A stretch of DNA of 35,695 nt from a virus (lineage: Duplodnaviria; Caudoviricetes). The DNA lies in the IMG/VR virus record IMGVR_UViG_3300012667_000261, positions 1 to 35,695 of that record; one strand, written 5' to 3'. The notes beneath the pieces are model-generated. The model saw nothing but the letters and a program-made list of their open reading frames with translations. It was not told the DNA's origin and made no database searches. Both the position numbers and the translations under genes were made by a program. Shown here piece by piece: positions 34,695-35,695 of the stretch; the first letter of the stretch is position 1; each line of letters starts with the position of its first letter.

Positions 34695-35009
34695 ATGAGT
34701 GACGACGATCTGATCGAACGGCTGCGGGATTGTAGTAGCGACGAAGCAATGTGGTCCAGACAAGCCGCCGACCGCATTGAAGCCTTGATTGCCGAGCGGG
34801 ATGCAGCAGAAGACCGCGCTGTGCGGCAAGAGTCGGCGATGGAAACACTCCGTCCCGTTTGGGCGCAAGGCTGGACAGGCGAAAGCATGGCAGCACAGGC
34901 AAGTGCAACCGCGCTGGCGCAGCTTTGGCAGATGCTTGGCGCGTCAAACCAGACTGAGGCTGTGATAGCACTCCGCGCCGCCCTCGCCTGCGTGAAGGGG
35001 GTGGTGTGA
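34695..35009 (+). CDS. Ead/Ea22-like small protein
   Basis: GAGGAG RBS, ATG 34695; DLIERLRD...AADRIEAL. Confidence 0.72.
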   Translation: MSDDDLIERLRDCSSDEAMWSRQAADRIEALIAERDAAEDRAVRQESAMETLRPVWAQGWTGESMAAQASATALAQLWQMLGASNQTEAVIALRAALACVKGVV

Positions 35010-35182
35010 TGATCACCCGCACCTCAGGACAGTTCACAGCCCTCGTGGCTCTATCCCATATGGTGGCAGGCCGCGACCTTGCACCCCCGCGTTGGACCGC
35101 AGCCAACGACACCAAACGCCCACCATCCGGCAAGGACCGCAGCAAGGTCAAAGCCGCGCGCAAACAGAGGAACAAGAAATGA
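35009..35182 (+). CDS. 57-aa basic protein (not in ORF track)
   Basis: Hand translation ends KDRSKVKAARKQRNKK; TGATG and ATGA overlaps with both neighbours. Confidence 0.65.
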   Translation: MITRTSGQFTALVALSHMVAGRDLAPPRWTAANDTKRPPSGKDRSKVKAARKQRNKK

Positions 35183-35655
35183 CCAACGAAGAACTGGACG
35201 CGCTGGAAACACGAGCGATGATTGTCGACCCCCTGCTTGAAGTGGATTACGACACGCAGTTGGATGTTGAGCGGGACCCCTACGGAGCGCGTGAGGCAAT
35301 CGAAACTGCGCTTTACCTTATCCGCGACCAAGCCACCGCAATCACCACCCTTCGCGCACAGCTTGCCGAGGCGCGGGCGGAGTTTGCAATGGCGAGGACC
35401 GACGCAGATGAACTGCGCATGTCGTTGCGCCGGGCCGAGGCAGCACTGGCCGCGCAGATTGAGGTGGATGCGGGGATTGTCACAGCGATGAAGGGTAACG
35501 GATGGGATGAGAACCCCGCCGTCCACCCATATGACAAAGGCTATATCGCCGCCTGCGATGCCGCAATCAGCCGTATCCGCGCCCAACCACAAGACCGCAC
35601 CGCGCTGGACCATTACCGTGAAAAGGCACTGCGGGATGCCCCCGATGCGCGTTAA
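35179..35655 (+). CDS. Coiled-coil hypothetical protein (Ead/Ea22-like)
   Basis: GAGG RBS, ATG 35179; AITTLRAQLAEA heptads. Confidence 0.7.
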   Translation: MTNEELDALETRAMIVDPLLEVDYDTQLDVERDPYGAREAIETALYLIRDQATAITTLRAQLAEARAEFAMARTDADELRMSLRRAEAALAAQIEVDAGIVTAMKGNGWDENPAVHPYDKGYIAACDAAISRIRAQPQDRTALDHYREKALRDAPDAR

Positions 35656-35695
35656 AGTCAGAGGCACGCTTTACGAGAGCGTCAAAGAGTGCGCC
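35645..35695 (+). CDS. Truncated ORF at window end, NUMOD1-like HTH start
   Basis: MRVKVRGTLYESVKECA runs off the window. Confidence 0.5.
   Translation, partial: MRVKVRGTLYESVKECA

Noticed and set aside
34663-35667. 334-aa minus-strand ORF
   Set aside because: Antisense to coupled plus-strand genes that have RBSs; no recognisable motifs.
35645-35695. Exact circular join of window end to window start
   Set aside because: Joining gives ...KECA-HPQRWRGI-stop, which breaks the HTH-like ORF, and no terminal repeat is visible; some sequence is probably missing.
1-35695. Alternative genetic code or introns/inteins
   Set aside because: Core genes (TerL, portal, capsid, helicase) are uninterrupted and of normal length under the standard code, and all three stop codons are used.

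Overview
This window is a near-complete, GC-rich (visually about 60%) dsDNA tailed-phage genome of short-tailed podovirus type, probably infecting an alphaproteobacterium (inference). A divergent control region at about 32040-32160 splits it into two arms. The minus-strand arm (32037 to 707) runs: Cro-like HTH, DUF6378-like protein, RuvC-like resolvase, RecE-like exonuclease, SSB-like protein, primase-helicase with an iteron-like origin just downstream, ParB-MTase, TerS/TerL, a 559-aa orphan, adaptor, tail fibres, an expanded lysis cassette, a calcineurin-like phosphoesterase, nozzle, ejection proteins, and only then portal, scaffold, major capsid and head fibre. The plus-strand arm (32163-35695, apparently continuing at 51-589) holds small, modular early genes. 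No integrase, DNA polymerase, tRNA or CRISPR array was seen. The most notable items are: (1) an Acb2/Tad1-like nucleotide-sponge gene between endolysin and holin, flanked by exact 15-bp RBS repeats so that it could be precisely excised; (2) a 559-aa late protein with an ADP-ribosyltransferase-like motif order that may be delivered by the virion; (3) a candidate sRNA with an anti-Shine-Dalgarno loop; (4) a structured element where the two arms converge; (5) the head module displaced about 16 kb from the terminase. All family assignments are from motif recognition by eye; no searches were run.
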